Assembly: GCA_964599835.1 (NCBI GenBank)
Contig: CAZRHF010000001.1
Coordinates: 14,556 to 78,555, forward strand
Direction: 5' to 3'
DNA length: 64,000 nucleotides
Origin: an uncultured Eubacteriales bacterium
Lineage (GTDB): Bacteria > Bacillota > Clostridia > Oscillospirales > Acutalibacteraceae
A program made the translations under genes and the position numbers. Below the pieces are notes generated by a model. That model saw nothing but the letters and a program-made list of their open reading frames with translations. It was not told the DNA's origin and did no database searches. Numbering within the stretch: position 1 is the first letter of the stretch; each line of letters opens with the position of its first letter. Of the stretch, positions 17,874 through 27,937 are shown in pieces.

Positions 17874-20855
17874 ATGCTTAAACTCACCAACATTGTAAAG
17901 GAATACGAAGCCGGCGACAGTAAGGTCGTTGCGCTTAAGGGTGTCGATCTTGAGTTTCGAAAAAACGAATTTGTTTCAATACTCGGCCATTCGGGATGCG
18001 GTAAGACAACGTTGCTTAATATTATCGGCGGTCTTGATCGTTATACCACCGGTGATCTTTCAATAAACGGAAGGTCCACCAAGGAGTTTAAGGCAAGAGA
18101 TTGGGATGCCTACCGGAATCATTCCATAGGCTTTGTTTTCCAGTCCTATAACCTTATTCCTCATCAGACGGTTCTTTCCAACGTTGAGCTCGCTCTTACC
18201 CTCTCGGGTGTATCTAAAGCCGAAAGACGCGCACGCGCAAAAGAGGCTCTCGAAAAGGTCGGTCTCGGCGATCAGCTTAAGAAGAAGCCAACTCAGATGT
18301 CGGGCGGACAAATGCAACGTGTTGCTATCGCACGTGCTCTTGTAAATGATCCCGAAATTCTCCTGGCGGATGAACCGACGGGTGCTCTCGATACCGAAAC
18401 CAGCAAGCAGATAATGGAGATACTCCGTGAGATATCCGAAAACAAGCTGGTTATTATGGTAACCCATAATCCCGAGCTTGCTGACGAATACTCTAACCGT
18501 ATTATTAAACTGGTTGACGGCAACGTAACCGCCGACTCCAATCCTTACGTTTCTGAGCCTGTTGTATCAGAAGATGACGAAGGCGGAAAAAAGAAAAAGG
18601 TTAAAAAGGCAAAGACCAAGAAGAGATCCATGTCCTTCCCCACCGCTCTTTCCCTTTCTCTTAATAATCTGATGACCAAAAAGGCCAGAACCATACTCAC
18701 CTCCTTTGCAGGAAGTATCGGCATAATCGGAATTGCGCTTATTCTTGCCCTGTCAAACGGCATTCAGCTTTATATCAATCAAGTACAGGAAGAGACCCTC
18801 TCGTCTTACCCCATCACCATAGAGGCCGAAAGCGTTGATATGTCTGCGATGATCACCACCCTTATGGGTAATAACGCATCCAAGACCGATCACGACCTTG
18901 ATAAGGTATATTCAAGCCCCGTTCTTAACGAGCTAATCAATTCTATGACCAGCGCCACCATTACCGAGAATAATCTTAAGCCCTTCAAGGAATATCTCGA
19001 TAATGCCGATACCGAGCTATCTTCCCTTATCTCGGCGCTTGATTATTCTTATGCTTTCGATTTTAACGTCTTTTTTAAAGACGCCGACGGTAAGATAGTA
19101 AGGTCTGACGCGATGTCTCTTATGCAGGAATCTATCGGTATGAATATGGATATGACCGGCGTAAACAATCTTTCGGCCGGTATGAACCGTATGGAAATTT
19201 ACGAAGAAATGCTTGCAGGTGAAAATGGAGCCCTTGTAAACGATCTCCTTTACGAGCAGTACGACGTAATAGCGGGAGATTGGCCCAAAGCCTATGATGA
19301 GATAGTTCTTGTTGTCAACGAAAACAACGAGGTAAGCGATTTTGCCCTGCTTGCTCTCGGACTCACCACAATGGAGGAAGCCAAGGAATCCTGGGATAAG
19401 ATCGAAGCAGGAGCTGAGCTTGATACCGCAATTAAAAGCTGGACCTACGACGAGATCCGCAGTATGACCTTCAGTCTTGTTCCCTCTTATCTTTATTACG
19501 CTTACGATAAAAACACCGATACCTATCACGATATAAGCACCAGCGACGCAGGTCTTGCTTATATGTATGATAACGGAATCAAGCTTAAGGTCAGCGGAAT
19601 TATCCGTCCGAACGAGGATGCCACCGCCACTATGCTTATGGGAACTATCGGCTATACCAAGGCACTTACCGATAAAATTATCGAACTTACCAATGAAAGC
19701 GATATTGCCAAGGCACAGCTGAGCGATTCTGAAACCGACGTAATCAGCGGTCTTCCCTTTGCATCTGCGGACGATAAAGAGCCAACCGATCTTGAAAAAG
19801 GCGCCGCATTCACCGAATATATCGGCACCCTCACCGACGCCGAAAAGGCTGAGCTTTACAAAGCTATCGCTTCCACTCCCGAACCTGAATTTGTTAAGCA
19901 AAGCGTAGATGCACAAATGCAGGGTATGGATCGCGAATATATTGAAACCGTTATGGTTGACGAATACGCCGCACAATCGGGAATCGATAAAGAGACTCTT
20001 CAGAGCTATCTTGCCGATATGTCCGACGAGGAACTTTACGCACAGATCGAGGTTATGCTTACCGAAGCCTTTACCGCCAGCTTTACCGAGCAGACACTGG
20101 CCCAGCTAAACGCACTTCCTGAGGCAGCTCTCTTAATGCAGTTTAACGGTTATTTTGCGCAGCTCGGCGAAGTAAGCGAGACAAATGCAGAAGATTACGC
20201 CGTCCTTTACGACGCCTATATGCCTCCCACACGCTCTGAAAGCAGTTATGAGGAAAACCTTTCTTTATTAGGTATAGTTTCGAAGGATTCACCTTCTGCA
20301 ATCAATATTTATGCTTCGACCTTTGAGGCTAAAGACAAAATTGCCGACGCTATAGAAGAATACAATTCTACCGTTTCGGAAGAAGACCGTATCACCTACA
20401 CCGACTACGTAGCGATGATGATGTCCTCGGTTACTATGATAATCAACGTAATCTCGTACGTACTCATTGCATTTGTCGCCATATCCCTTGTTGTTTCCTC
20501 AATTATGATAGGAATCATCACCTATATTTCGGTGCTTGAAAGAACAAAAGAGATCGGTATTCTGCGTGCTATCGGAGCTTCTAAGAAGGATATCTCCCGA
20601 GTCTTTAATGCCGAAACGCTTATCGTCGGCTTTGTGGCAGGAATGTTCGGAATAGGCATTACCCTTCTTCTTTGCTGGCCGGTAAACCTTATCATCAGAG
20701 GTCTTTCCGGAATTGAAAACATCGGCGCACAGCTACCTGTGACAGGTGCGATCGTTTTGGTTGTGATCAGTATGCTTCTCACCTTTATTGCAGGACTTAT
20801 CCCCTCGGGTATTGCCGCTAAAAAGGATCCTGTAGTTGCGCTGAGAAGCGAATAA
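17874..20855 (+). CDS. fused ABC transporter ATPase + FtsX-type permease (MacB architecture) with a roughly 550-aa extracytoplasmic domain
   Basis: Walker [10 protein letters not shown], signature [15 protein letters not shown], Walker B ILLADEPT. Lys-rich linker. TM1 at aa ~273-294. Long acidic soluble region to aa ~850. Three C-terminal TM helices with an FtsX-like ending ([10 protein letters not shown]). Confidence 0.9.
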   Translation: MLKLTNIVKEYEAGDSKVVALKGVDLEFRKNEFVSILGHSGCGKTTLLNIIGGLDRYTTGDLSINGRSTKEFKARDWDAYRNHSIGFVFQSYNLIPHQTVLSNVELALTLSGVSKAERRARAKEALEKVGLGDQLKKKPTQMSGGQMQRVAIARALVNDPEILLADEPTGALDTETSKQIMEILREISENKLVIMVTHNPELADEYSNRIIKLVDGNVTADSNPYVSEPVVSEDDEGGKKKKVKKAKTKKRSMSFPTALSLSLNNLMTKKARTILTSFAGSIGIIGIALILALSNGIQLYINQVQEETLSSYPITIEAESVDMSAMITTLMGNNASKTDHDLDKVYSSPVLNELINSMTSATITENNLKPFKEYLDNADTELSSLISALDYSYAFDFNVFFKDADGKIVRSDAMSLMQESIGMNMDMTGVNNLSAGMNRMEIYEEMLAGENGALVNDLLYEQYDVIAGDWPKAYDEIVLVVNENNEVSDFALLALGLTTMEEAKESWDKIEAGAELDTAIKSWTYDEIRSMTFSLVPSYLYYAYDKNTDTYHDISTSDAGLAYMYDNGIKLKVSGIIRPNEDATATMLMGTIGYTKALTDKIIELTNESDIAKAQLSDSETDVISGLPFASADDKEPTDLEKGAAFTEYIGTLTDAEKAELYKAIASTPEPEFVKQSVDAQMQGMDREYIETVMVDEYAAQSGIDKETLQSYLADMSDEELYAQIEVMLTEAFTASFTEQTLAQLNALPEAALLMQFNGYFAQLGEVSETNAEDYAVLYDAYMPPTRSESSYEENLSLLGIVSKDSPSAINIYASTFEAKDKIADAIEEYNSTVSEEDRITYTDYVAMMMSSVTMIINVISYVLIAFVAISLVVSSIMIGIITYISVLERTKEIGILRAIGASKKDISRVFNAETLIVGFVAGMFGIGITLLLCWPVNLIIRGLSGIENIGAQLPVTGAIVLVVISMLLTFIAGLIPSGIAAKKDPVVALRSE

Positions 20856-20867
20856 TCGGAGGTACAG

Positions 20868-21281
20868 ATGAACTTTCGCTATAAGCTTGCACAGTTTTTC
20901 TACGGTAGATATCTTTCCTACGGAATAGATGCTTTAACCGTCATTCTTACGGTGTTCAGTTTAATAATCTCTATAGTAAACATTTTTGTTGGGAGCATAT
21001 TGCTCTATCTTTTTCAAACCGCTCTGCTCATATATATGATCTTCCGTTTGCTTTCCAAGAATATCGCCAAACGGCAGAAGGAAAACAAGGTTTTTGCCGA
21101 TTTCTTTGCAGAGATCAAAGCTTCAAAAAAACTGAAGGAGCGAATCAAAAGTGAGAGAAACACCCACGTTTACAAAAAGTGTCCGCACTGTAAAGTTGTT
21201 CTGAGATTGCCGAGGAAGCCCGGCGACCACACCGTTAAGTGTCCGCGTTGCGGCGACTCCTTTAAACTTAAAGTAAAATAA
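20868..21281 (+). CDS. membrane protein with C-terminal zinc ribbon
   Basis: Two TM helices, then CPHC-x17-CPRC (CPHCKVVLRLPRKPGDHTVKCPRCG). 12-nt gap after the ABC gene. Confidence 0.7.
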   Translation: MNFRYKLAQFFYGRYLSYGIDALTVILTVFSLIISIVNIFVGSILLYLFQTALLIYMIFRLLSKNIAKRQKENKVFADFFAEIKASKKLKERIKSERNTHVYKKCPHCKVVLRLPRKPGDHTVKCPRCGDSFKLKVK

Positions 21282-21283
21282 CA

Positions 21284-21314
21284 AAATCGACCCGACATCG
21301 GGTCGATTTTTGTT
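21284..21314 (+). terminator. rho-independent terminator
   Basis: 9-bp stem ATCGACCCG/CGGGTCGAT (21286-21307) followed by TTTTTGTTGTT. Confidence 0.75.
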
Positions 21315-21371
21315 GTTATTCAGAGCTTTTTGTGATACAATACATAGGATAAATTTGTTAGGAGCAATAAT

Positions 21372-22520
21372 ATGAATTATACCAAATGGGTAAACGGATG
21401 GGGACTCGGTGTCACCCACCCACCTTTAAATGAGGCACAATGGGCCAAGGATACAACCGTGCGGTACGTGCTTATAAACTCGCTTGATGCCGGTGCGGTA
21501 CGACTTAAATTTTCAAACCGTTTCGGTGATGAGGCGGCAGAACTGAGCGAAGTGACTGTCGCAATATCCGACGACGGAAAATGCAAGATCCTGCCCGACA
21601 CCACTGTTAACGTAACCTTTGACGGAAATAAAAGCGGTACCATTCCCCCTCACGGCGAGCTGATAAGCGATCCCGTCAGATTTGAGATAAAATCGGGACA
21701 AAAGCTTGCCGTAAGCATTTATTTCGAAAAATTCACCCAAATGAACACCGGCTTTACCTATGAAAACACCTATATGGTGCGTAGATTCATCGAAGGCAAC
21801 CACACCCATTCGGACGACCTCGACTTTTATAAAATGTCCTTCTCGGCCGCCTACAATTTCCTTTGGAGCGTAGATTTTTTGACATATCAAGACAGCTTTT
21901 CCATTGCCGCCTTCGGAGATTCTATAACCTCCCAGGAGTGGGTCGATATTCTTGCACATAGGCTGATAGAAAGCGGAAACGGCAGGCGCGCAATAGTACG
22001 ACGCGCCGTAAGCGGAAGCCGTCTCAGAGGCTGTTACCCCGCCTTATCCTATTTTCATTACGGAGAAGGCGGTATGACAAGATTTGTCCGCGAGGTTTCA
22101 CATGACGGAGTTGAGGGCGTAATAATCCTTCACGGAATCAATGACATCATTCATCCCGACGGAAAAAATCCGATGAGACCTATGAGCAATATGCCCACAC
22201 CCGAATCGCTTGCCGAAGGCGTCAGTGAGTATATCACTGCCGCAAAAAATTTAAATTTGCGCACCTATCTATGCACACTTCTCCCCTTTAAAAACTGGCG
22301 CACCTACGACGAAAACCGAAACGAAATACGCAATAGCTTTAACGAGTGGATACGCACACAACAGCTTACCGACGGATTTTTTGATTTTGACAAAGCCGTA
22401 CGGGATCCTGCCGACCCTGCGGCATTTTCACCCGAGTGTAACCGCGGCGATAATCTGCACGCAAGTGTAGAAGGCTACAGAAGAATGGCCGAAGCCATTG
22501 ATATGAACATATTTAAGTAA
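21372..22520 (+). CDS. SGNH/GDSL-family hydrolase with N-terminal beta-sandwich-like domain
   Basis: AAFGDSITS (GDS block I), HGINDI (block III), GDNLHAS (DxxH block V). Confidence 0.75.
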   Translation: MNYTKWVNGWGLGVTHPPLNEAQWAKDTTVRYVLINSLDAGAVRLKFSNRFGDEAAELSEVTVAISDDGKCKILPDTTVNVTFDGNKSGTIPPHGELISDPVRFEIKSGQKLAVSIYFEKFTQMNTGFTYENTYMVRRFIEGNHTHSDDLDFYKMSFSAAYNFLWSVDFLTYQDSFSIAAFGDSITSQEWVDILAHRLIESGNGRRAIVRRAVSGSRLRGCYPALSYFHYGEGGMTRFVREVSHDGVEGVIILHGINDIIHPDGKNPMRPMSNMPTPESLAEGVSEYITAAKNLNLRTYLCTLLPFKNWRTYDENRNEIRNSFNEWIRTQQLTDGFFDFDKAVRDPADPAAFSPECNRGDNLHASVEGYRRMAEAIDMNIFK

Positions 22521-22525
22521 AATGA

Positions 22526-22547
22526 AACCCCTTCATATGAAGGGGTT
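22526..22547. terminator. bidirectional terminator hairpin between convergent genes
   Basis: AACCCCTTCA-TA-TGAAGGGGTT with A/T runs on both sides. Confidence 0.7.
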
Positions 22548-22551
22548 ATTA

Positions 22552-22980
22552 TTAATCTTCTTTCTTCCTAAACACGATGACCTTACTGCAGGTATAGTTC
22601 AGAATAATGACGATGACGCTTGCAATAAGCTTTGCAACGAAACCTTCTATTCCGAAAAGAGATCCGGTAATGCCGAGATCAATAAACATTGCAGGAGCAA
22701 AAATATCGATTATCCCGGTTGCGGCACGCGAAGCTCCGAAAGAGACTGCCTCACGTATTACGGTTTTGGCACTTCGGCCTCTGCTTTGAAAGACGAAAAG
22801 CTTATTGGTAACGAAAGCAAAAATAACTGCAACAAGACAAGCAAATGCGTTACTGACCGTAATGTCAAGATGAAACAGTTCAACGCATAAGCAGTAGGTA
22901 AACCAGTTTGAGAATGTCGTTCCGCATCCGAAAAGAACGTAAAGCAGTCCTTCGCGGTGCCTCTTCAATAAGTCAATCAT
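22552..22980 (-). CDS. GtrA-family membrane protein
   Basis: About 140 aa with four TM helices. LLYVLFGCGTTFSNW..FVTNKLFVFQSR is the GtrA pattern. Start moved to MIDLLKRH with GAAGGA SD; the ORF-track extension overlaps the GT2 gene. Confidence 0.75.
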   Translation of the reverse strand: MIDLLKRHREGLLYVLFGCGTTFSNWFTYCLCVELFHLDITVSNAFACLVAVIFAFVTNKLFVFQSRGRSAKTVIREAVSFGASRAATGIIDIFAPAMFIDLGITGSLFGIEGFVAKLIASVIVIILNYTCSKVIVFRKKED

Positions 22981-23002
22981 AGTTGATCCTTCTAAAATAT
23001 GA

Positions 23003-23983
23003 TTAGCCAAACGGCATTGCAATGAATCCGAGTAGTGTCCCAAGCCCATAAGATAAATGAACGGCAAAAATGACAGCGGGTAAAAGCAGGAAAGACGTCA
23101 AAGATTTATTCGTTCCAAATCCTGCAAGAAAGATGAGCAAAGTCAGCAGGTATATTACCGAAATCAAAACAAGGGGTATTGCAAAGCCGAAAAGCATTAA
23201 AAAAACAGAAAATAATAACGCAAGCGTAAAGAAAAAGGGCACAAAATGAAAGACGGAAAAACAGTAAGGGGAGTGTTTAAGCGTCTTTGCAACCCAAAAG
23301 CCGTTTAAAAATTTTTGCTTAAGCATTAAAGAGAAGGTCCTTCTCACGTACTGATAGTAAACTATACCGGGAGAGTAGCAAAGGCGAAAGCCTGCCCTTC
23401 TTATTCGGTAGCACATATCGTTATCTTCGCTTCGGGGAAGCTTTTCGTTAAATTTACCTACCTTTTCAAAAACCTCCCGCCGGTACATTCCGCAAAACAA
23501 AGAACTGACGTACATAGGCTTGGAGCTTGTCCGATAAGGAGCAACACTGCTTCCGACAGGAGAATTCTCTGCTTCAAGCAAAAGCTTTCCGAAAAAGTCG
23601 TGACGGTCGGTTATACAGGGCCGTCGTCCTCCGACAGCTACCTCACCGCTTTCAAGCAACTGTGCGTTCTTGGAAATAAAGTCTTCAGGGATACGCGCGT
23701 GGGCGTCTATGCGTATCAGTGCGTCTCCGGTAAAACGGTCGATGGCGATGTTATGACCGCTTGGGATAAGCTTTTTTTCATTTGTGAAAAGCCTGCAGGT
23801 CAGAAATCCGTGGTTCTCAGCTGTGAAACGATTCATAATTTGGTAAGTTCCGTCGGTGGAACAACTGTCGATAAGAAGAATTTCGAGCTTATCGTGAGGA
23901 TAATCCTGACGGCAGATATCGCTTAAAAGGTCAGGTAAATATGCGGCTTCGTTATATGCAACAACAGCAATTGAAACGACCAT
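23003..23983 (-). CDS. family 2 glycosyltransferase with C-terminal TM helices (GtrB/CsbB-like polyprenyl-phosphate glycosyltransferase)
   Basis: SIAVVAYNEAAYLPDLL..ILLIDSCSTDGT..IRIDAHA..SEDNDMCYR. Hydrophobic C-terminal third. Confidence 0.85.
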   Translation of the reverse strand: MVVSIAVVAYNEAAYLPDLLSDICRQDYPHDKLEILLIDSCSTDGTYQIMNRFTAENHGFLTCRLFTNEKKLIPSGHNIAIDRFTGDALIRIDAHARIPEDFISKNAQLLESGEVAVGGRRPCITDRHDFFGKLLLEAENSPVGSSVAPYRTSSKPMYVSSLFCGMYRREVFEKVGKFNEKLPRSEDNDMCYRIRRAGFRLCYSPGIVYYQYVRRTFSLMLKQKFLNGFWVAKTLKHSPYCFSVFHFVPFFFTLALLFSVFLMLFGFAIPLVLISVIYLLTLLIFLAGFGTNKSLTSFLLLPAVIFAVHLSYGLGTLLGFIAMPFG

Positions 23984-24060
23984 AAATTAAACTTTACACT
24001 CTTTCATATAGTATTATAACACACTTTAATAAAAGTTTAAAGAAATTTTTTATTATTTGT

Positions 24061-24089
24061 TTGACATCGGGAGAAATACGGGGTAAAAT
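24061..24089 (+). promoter_or_regulatory. sigma-A-like promoter
   Basis: TTGACA (24061-24066), 17-nt spacer, TAAAAT (24084-24089). Lies 24 nt upstream of the GGAGG SD / ATG at 24113. Confidence 0.45.
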
Positions 24090-24112
24090 CAATAAAATCG
24101 GAGGTAATAAAT

Positions 24113-24583
24113 ATGTCTATTGAAAAGGTAAGAGATTACTTTAAATCATTTGGAATTGACGATAGAATTATGGAATTCAGCGTCTCGAGCGCAACCGTCG
24201 CGCTTGCCGCAGAGGCCCTCGGGTGTGAGCCAGCGCGCATTGCAAAAACGCTTTCATTTATCGTCGGAAACGGATGTATTCTTGTCGTAGCTGCAGGCGA
24301 TGCCAAGATCGACAATCAAAAGTTCAAAGCCTTCTTCGGCACCAAAGCTAAAATGCCTGCTCCCGACGCGGTAGAGGAGTTTTGCGGACACGCTGTCGGC
24401 GGTGTTTGTCCCTTTGCAGTAAAAGAAGGCGTCAAGGTTTATCTCGACGTTTCTCTTAACAGGTTTGAAACCGTCTTCCCTGCGTGCGGAAGCAGTAACA
24501 GCGCAATAGAGCTCACCATTGACGAAATTAAAAAGTATGCAAACTCTGACGAAACGGTTGATGTCTGTAAAGATTGGGTATAA
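24113..24583 (+). CDS. YbaK/EbsC-family aminoacyl-tRNA editing (deacylase) domain protein
   Basis: 156 aa. AKTLSFIV..AAGDAKIDNQKFK..GHAVGGVCPF is YbaK/ProX-like. Confidence 0.7.
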   Translation: MSIEKVRDYFKSFGIDDRIMEFSVSSATVALAAEALGCEPARIAKTLSFIVGNGCILVVAAGDAKIDNQKFKAFFGTKAKMPAPDAVEEFCGHAVGGVCPFAVKEGVKVYLDVSLNRFETVFPACGSSNSAIELTIDEIKKYANSDETVDVCKDWV

Positions 24584-24588
24584 AAATA

Positions 24589-24616
24589 CGGCTGTCTCAC
24601 TTAGTGTGAGACAGCC
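24589..24616. terminator. bidirectional terminator hairpin
   Basis: 12-bp stem CGGCTGTCTCAC/GTGAGACAGCCG with loop TTAG, between convergent genes. Confidence 0.75.
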
Positions 24617-24625
24617 GCTTATATT

Positions 24626-26113
24626 TTATTCCTCTTCTTCCCTTGCTCTTCCGTAAAGCTTTGTATTCTCGGCAACTATTTCGGCAAGCCAGTCATTGAT
24701 ACAACCTGCATTTATTCTCCATTGCCAGTTTCCTCCTACCGTTGAAGGAACGTTGATTCTTGCTTTAGAGTCAAGACCGATAATGTCCTGCATAGTCAGT
24801 ATACACATATCGCCGACCGAAGAAAGAGCTGAACGCATCATAGCCCAATTAAAGCCCTCGTTATCGTCTACATGGAGGTATTTCCTTGCAATACTTACTT
24901 CCTCCGCCGACGCACTTTCGGTCCAGCCGATAATAGTATCGTTATCGTGGGTTCCCGTATAGACCACGCAGTTGCTTACGTAATTATGGGGCAGATAGCC
25001 ACTGCTACAGCTTTCGTCGAAGGCAAACTGTATTACCTTCATTCCGGGATAGCCTGATTTTTTAAGCATCTTATGAACCTCAGGAGTCAGAAAACCCAGA
25101 TCCTCTGCAATAATTGGAAGATCATCCCCAAATGCCTTTTTGAACTCGTTGAACAGAGCCATATTCGGTCCCTTCATCCATTTACCCTTTCTTGCAGTTT
25201 TCTCTCCGTAGGGAATGGCGTAAAAGGATTCGAAACCGCGAAAATGATCGATTCGCACCATATCGTAAAGTTTAAGGGCAAAGCCAAGTCTTTTCTTCCA
25301 CCAGGTATAACCGTCCTTTTTCATACGAGGCCAATCATAAAGAGGATTCCCCCATAGCTGACCGTCTTCCGAAAAGGCATCCGGAGGACAACCTGCCACG
25401 TCGGTGGGCTTGAGGTCTTTATCTAAAATAAACTGCGACGGCTCCGACCATACGTCGGCAGAATCGTAGGCAACGTATATAGGAATATCGCCGATTATAC
25501 CTATTCCCTGTTCATTTGCATACGTTTTAAGCTTTGACCACTGCTGACCGAATTTAAACTGAACGAAACGGTAGAACTCGATATTGTCTATTTCTTTTAA
25601 CCTGATCTCTTCAATAACTGCAGGCTCTCTGAAGCGAAGTTCGTCCTCCCACTCATCCCAAGCGCGGTCATCGTGAAGATTTTTAAGGCACATAAAAAGG
25701 CAGTATTCGTCCAGCCAGTATGCATTCTCATCACAAAAGGTTTTATATTCCTTGTCGGGTCTGAACCTTGAAAAAGCGACTCTGAGCATTCTAAGACGGT
25801 TTTCGTAAAGCTTACCGTAGTCTATTGACGAGGCGTCGTTTCCGAAATCAAAAGAACTGAATTCCTCCGAAGTCAGAAGCTCCTCTTCAATCAAAAGCTC
25901 GGGATCGATAAAATAAGGATTGCCCGCATAGGCCGAAAAGGACTGATAGGGCGAATCGCCGTAGTTGGTTGGGTTTAATGGCAGTATCTGCCACCAGGAC
26001 TGTTTTGAAGCCTTTAAAAAATCTACAAATCGGTAGGCCTCTTTACCGAATGTGCCTATTCCTCCTGCCGAGGGCAGAGAAAACACAGGCATTAATATTC
26101 CGCAGGTACGCAT
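24626..26113 (-). CDS. malQ: 4-alpha-glucanotransferase (amylomaltase, GH77)
   Basis: GILMPVFSLPS..GIGTFG..WQILPLNPT..SPYQSFSAYAGNPYFID..RIDHFRGF..GTHDNDT. Confidence 0.9.
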   Translation of the reverse strand: MRTCGILMPVFSLPSAGGIGTFGKEAYRFVDFLKASKQSWWQILPLNPTNYGDSPYQSFSAYAGNPYFIDPELLIEEELLTSEEFSSFDFGNDASSIDYGKLYENRLRMLRVAFSRFRPDKEYKTFCDENAYWLDEYCLFMCLKNLHDDRAWDEWEDELRFREPAVIEEIRLKEIDNIEFYRFVQFKFGQQWSKLKTYANEQGIGIIGDIPIYVAYDSADVWSEPSQFILDKDLKPTDVAGCPPDAFSEDGQLWGNPLYDWPRMKKDGYTWWKKRLGFALKLYDMVRIDHFRGFESFYAIPYGEKTARKGKWMKGPNMALFNEFKKAFGDDLPIIAEDLGFLTPEVHKMLKKSGYPGMKVIQFAFDESCSSGYLPHNYVSNCVVYTGTHDNDTIIGWTESASAEEVSIARKYLHVDDNEGFNWAMMRSALSSVGDMCILTMQDIIGLDSKARINVPSTVGGNWQWRINAGCINDWLAEIVAENTKLYGRAREEEE

Positions 26114-26145
26114 AATTTACTCCGATCTTTGTAATATAGGCGCCG

Positions 26146-26982
26146 TCAACCCTTGACTGCACCCGAAAGCACACCTTTTATTATATGCTTTTGACAAAAA
26201 AAGTAAATAGAAATTATCGGAATAAGGCATAAAATTATTAACGCCATAGTTGCTCCGTAGTCGATTTGACCGTAACTGCCCTGCAGATACTGTATCTGAA
26301 TGGGAATAGTTCTGTATTCGCGCTTATCAAGAACAAGATAAGGAAGCAGATAATCGTTCCATACCCACATAATTTCAAGGATAGCTACCGAAATATAGGT
26401 AGATTTCATTATTGGGGCAACTACCTTGAAAAATATCTGTAAAGTATTACAGCCATCGATGGTGGCCGCCTCCTCTATCTCCAGCGGTATGCTTCTGATA
26501 AACCCGCTGAAAAGGAATACCGCAAGACCTGCTCCAAAGCCGAGATAGACCACCGGAATGGTAAAGGGAGTATCAAGAGAAAGCTTGTCGGCAGTTTTAG
26601 AAAGGGTAAACATTACCATCTGAAAAGGAACTACCATAGAGAAAATGCAAAAGTAGTAGAGGGTTCTGCAAAAAATACTGTCTACTCGGTTTATATACCA
26701 GGCCGCCATCGAGGTACAAAGCAGAATAAGTCCGACCGAGAGGATAGTTATTATAAAGCTGTAAAGAATCGCAAGATAAAAGGGATAGTTTCCCTGAAAG
26801 ATACCTTTTAAATAGTTTTCGAGCCCTGCAAAGCTTTGAATATCCGGCAGAGAAAACAGAGAGGTCTTGATTGAATCGTTGGTTTTAAAGGAATTAATTA
26901 AAACTATAACAACAGGAAGTACCCACACAGTGGATATGAGGGTAAAAAACACACTTGAAAACGCCTTTGAAAACCTTCTCAT
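26146..26982 (-). CDS. carbohydrate ABC transporter permease (MalG-like)
   Basis: Six TM helices with an EAA loop (IEEAATIDGCNTLQIFFKVVAPI). Confidence 0.9.
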   Translation of the reverse strand: MRRFSKAFSSVFFTLISTVWVLPVVIVLINSFKTNDSIKTSLFSLPDIQSFAGLENYLKGIFQGNYPFYLAILYSFIITILSVGLILLCTSMAAWYINRVDSIFCRTLYYFCIFSMVVPFQMVMFTLSKTADKLSLDTPFTIPVVYLGFGAGLAVFLFSGFIRSIPLEIEEAATIDGCNTLQIFFKVVAPIMKSTYISVAILEIMWVWNDYLLPYLVLDKREYRTIPIQIQYLQGSYGQIDYGATMALIILCLIPIISIYFFCQKHIIKGVLSGAVKG

Positions 26983-27869
26983 TGCTGTACCTCCTTACTT
27001 CGGGTAAAGTAGAGCTGAGAAAGAGCGATAACCACAACGACGATAAAGAATATTACCGCCTTCGCCTGCCCGACACCCATATTCGTTGCACTCTCGTAAA
27101 ATGAATTATAAATATTCAGGGCAAGCATTTCGGTTTCGTTATTCGGTCTTCCAGCAGTAAGCGCAAGGTTCTGATCGAAAAGTTTAAACCCGTTGGTAAG
27201 AGTAAGAAAGGTGCAAATAGTTATTGAAGGCATTACCGAAGGTATTGTTATATGCCTTAAAAGCTGACGGGAATTTGCGCCGTCGATTTTTGCGGCCTCG
27301 GTATATTCGGTAGGAACGTTTTGCAATCCTGCAATGTAGATTATCATCATATACCCGATCTGTTGCCAGCTTACAAGTATTATAAGCCCTATAAAACCGT
27401 ATTTTGCCTCAAGAGCGAGGGCTGAACCGAAATATTTGATTATAACCGCATCGAGAATGATCTTCCACAAATAGCCTAATACGATTCCGCCAATGAGATT
27501 CGGCATAAAAAATACCGTTCTGAATAGGTTGGAGCCCCTTATCTTTCTTGTAAAAGCATAGGCCAGCAAAAAAGCTATTATATTTATTACGACAAGAGAA
27601 ACTACGGTAAATGCAACGGTAAACCAAAAAGAATATATAAAGGTTCCGTCCTTTATTGCCTTCATATAGTTTTCAAATCCTACGTAGGTTGTTTTTCCAA
27701 GTGTCCTGAACCTGAAAAACGAAAGATATATACCCCAAATAAAGGGCCACACAAAACCGATAACAAAAGCCGCTACGGTGGGAAGCAGAAAGAAGGGTGC
27801 ATACCTTTTAATTGCTCTGCGCTGACTCTTATTAACTACTGCAGAAGGATTGCCTGCGTTATTCTTCAC
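26979..27869 (-). CDS. carbohydrate ABC transporter permease (MalF-like)
   Basis: EAA loop YTEAAKIDGANSRQLLRHITIP. 4-nt overlap with the downstream permease. Confidence 0.9.
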   Translation of the reverse strand: MKNNAGNPSAVVNKSQRRAIKRYAPFFLLPTVAAFVIGFVWPFIWGIYLSFFRFRTLGKTTYVGFENYMKAIKDGTFIYSFWFTVAFTVVSLVVINIIAFLLAYAFTRKIRGSNLFRTVFFMPNLIGGIVLGYLWKIILDAVIIKYFGSALALEAKYGFIGLIILVSWQQIGYMMIIYIAGLQNVPTEYTEAAKIDGANSRQLLRHITIPSVMPSITICTFLTLTNGFKLFDQNLALTAGRPNNETEMLALNIYNSFYESATNMGVGQAKAVIFFIVVVVIALSQLYFTRSKEVQQ

Positions 27870-27937
27870 CCTCTGATTCCTCCTTGAACAATGCTTTGTT
27901 TTTTAATATTCCGGACACGCAAGGCGCCCGGAAACAA

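Noticed and set aside
19017-19976. 319-aa minus-strand ORF inside the ABC transporter gene. Similar long antisense ORFs lie at 1529-2209, 14959-15534, 15791-16297, 16526-17119, 40146-40544, 44620-45192, 46799-47560 and 56595-57107.
   Set aside because: Each lies entirely within a motif-supported gene on the other strand. They lack ribosome-binding sites and translate to compositionally odd, motif-free sequences. This is typical frame -1/-2 shadowing in biased-codon genes.
27905-27937. Imperfect GC-rich hairpin (TTCCGG..CCGGAA) between the SBP gene and the first permease gene, considered as a terminator.
   Set aside because: No U-tract follows it on the coding (minus) strand, and the permease genes need read-through. 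It is more likely an intercistronic mRNA-stabilising stem of the kind common after ABC binding-protein genes. It is not strong enough to annotate.
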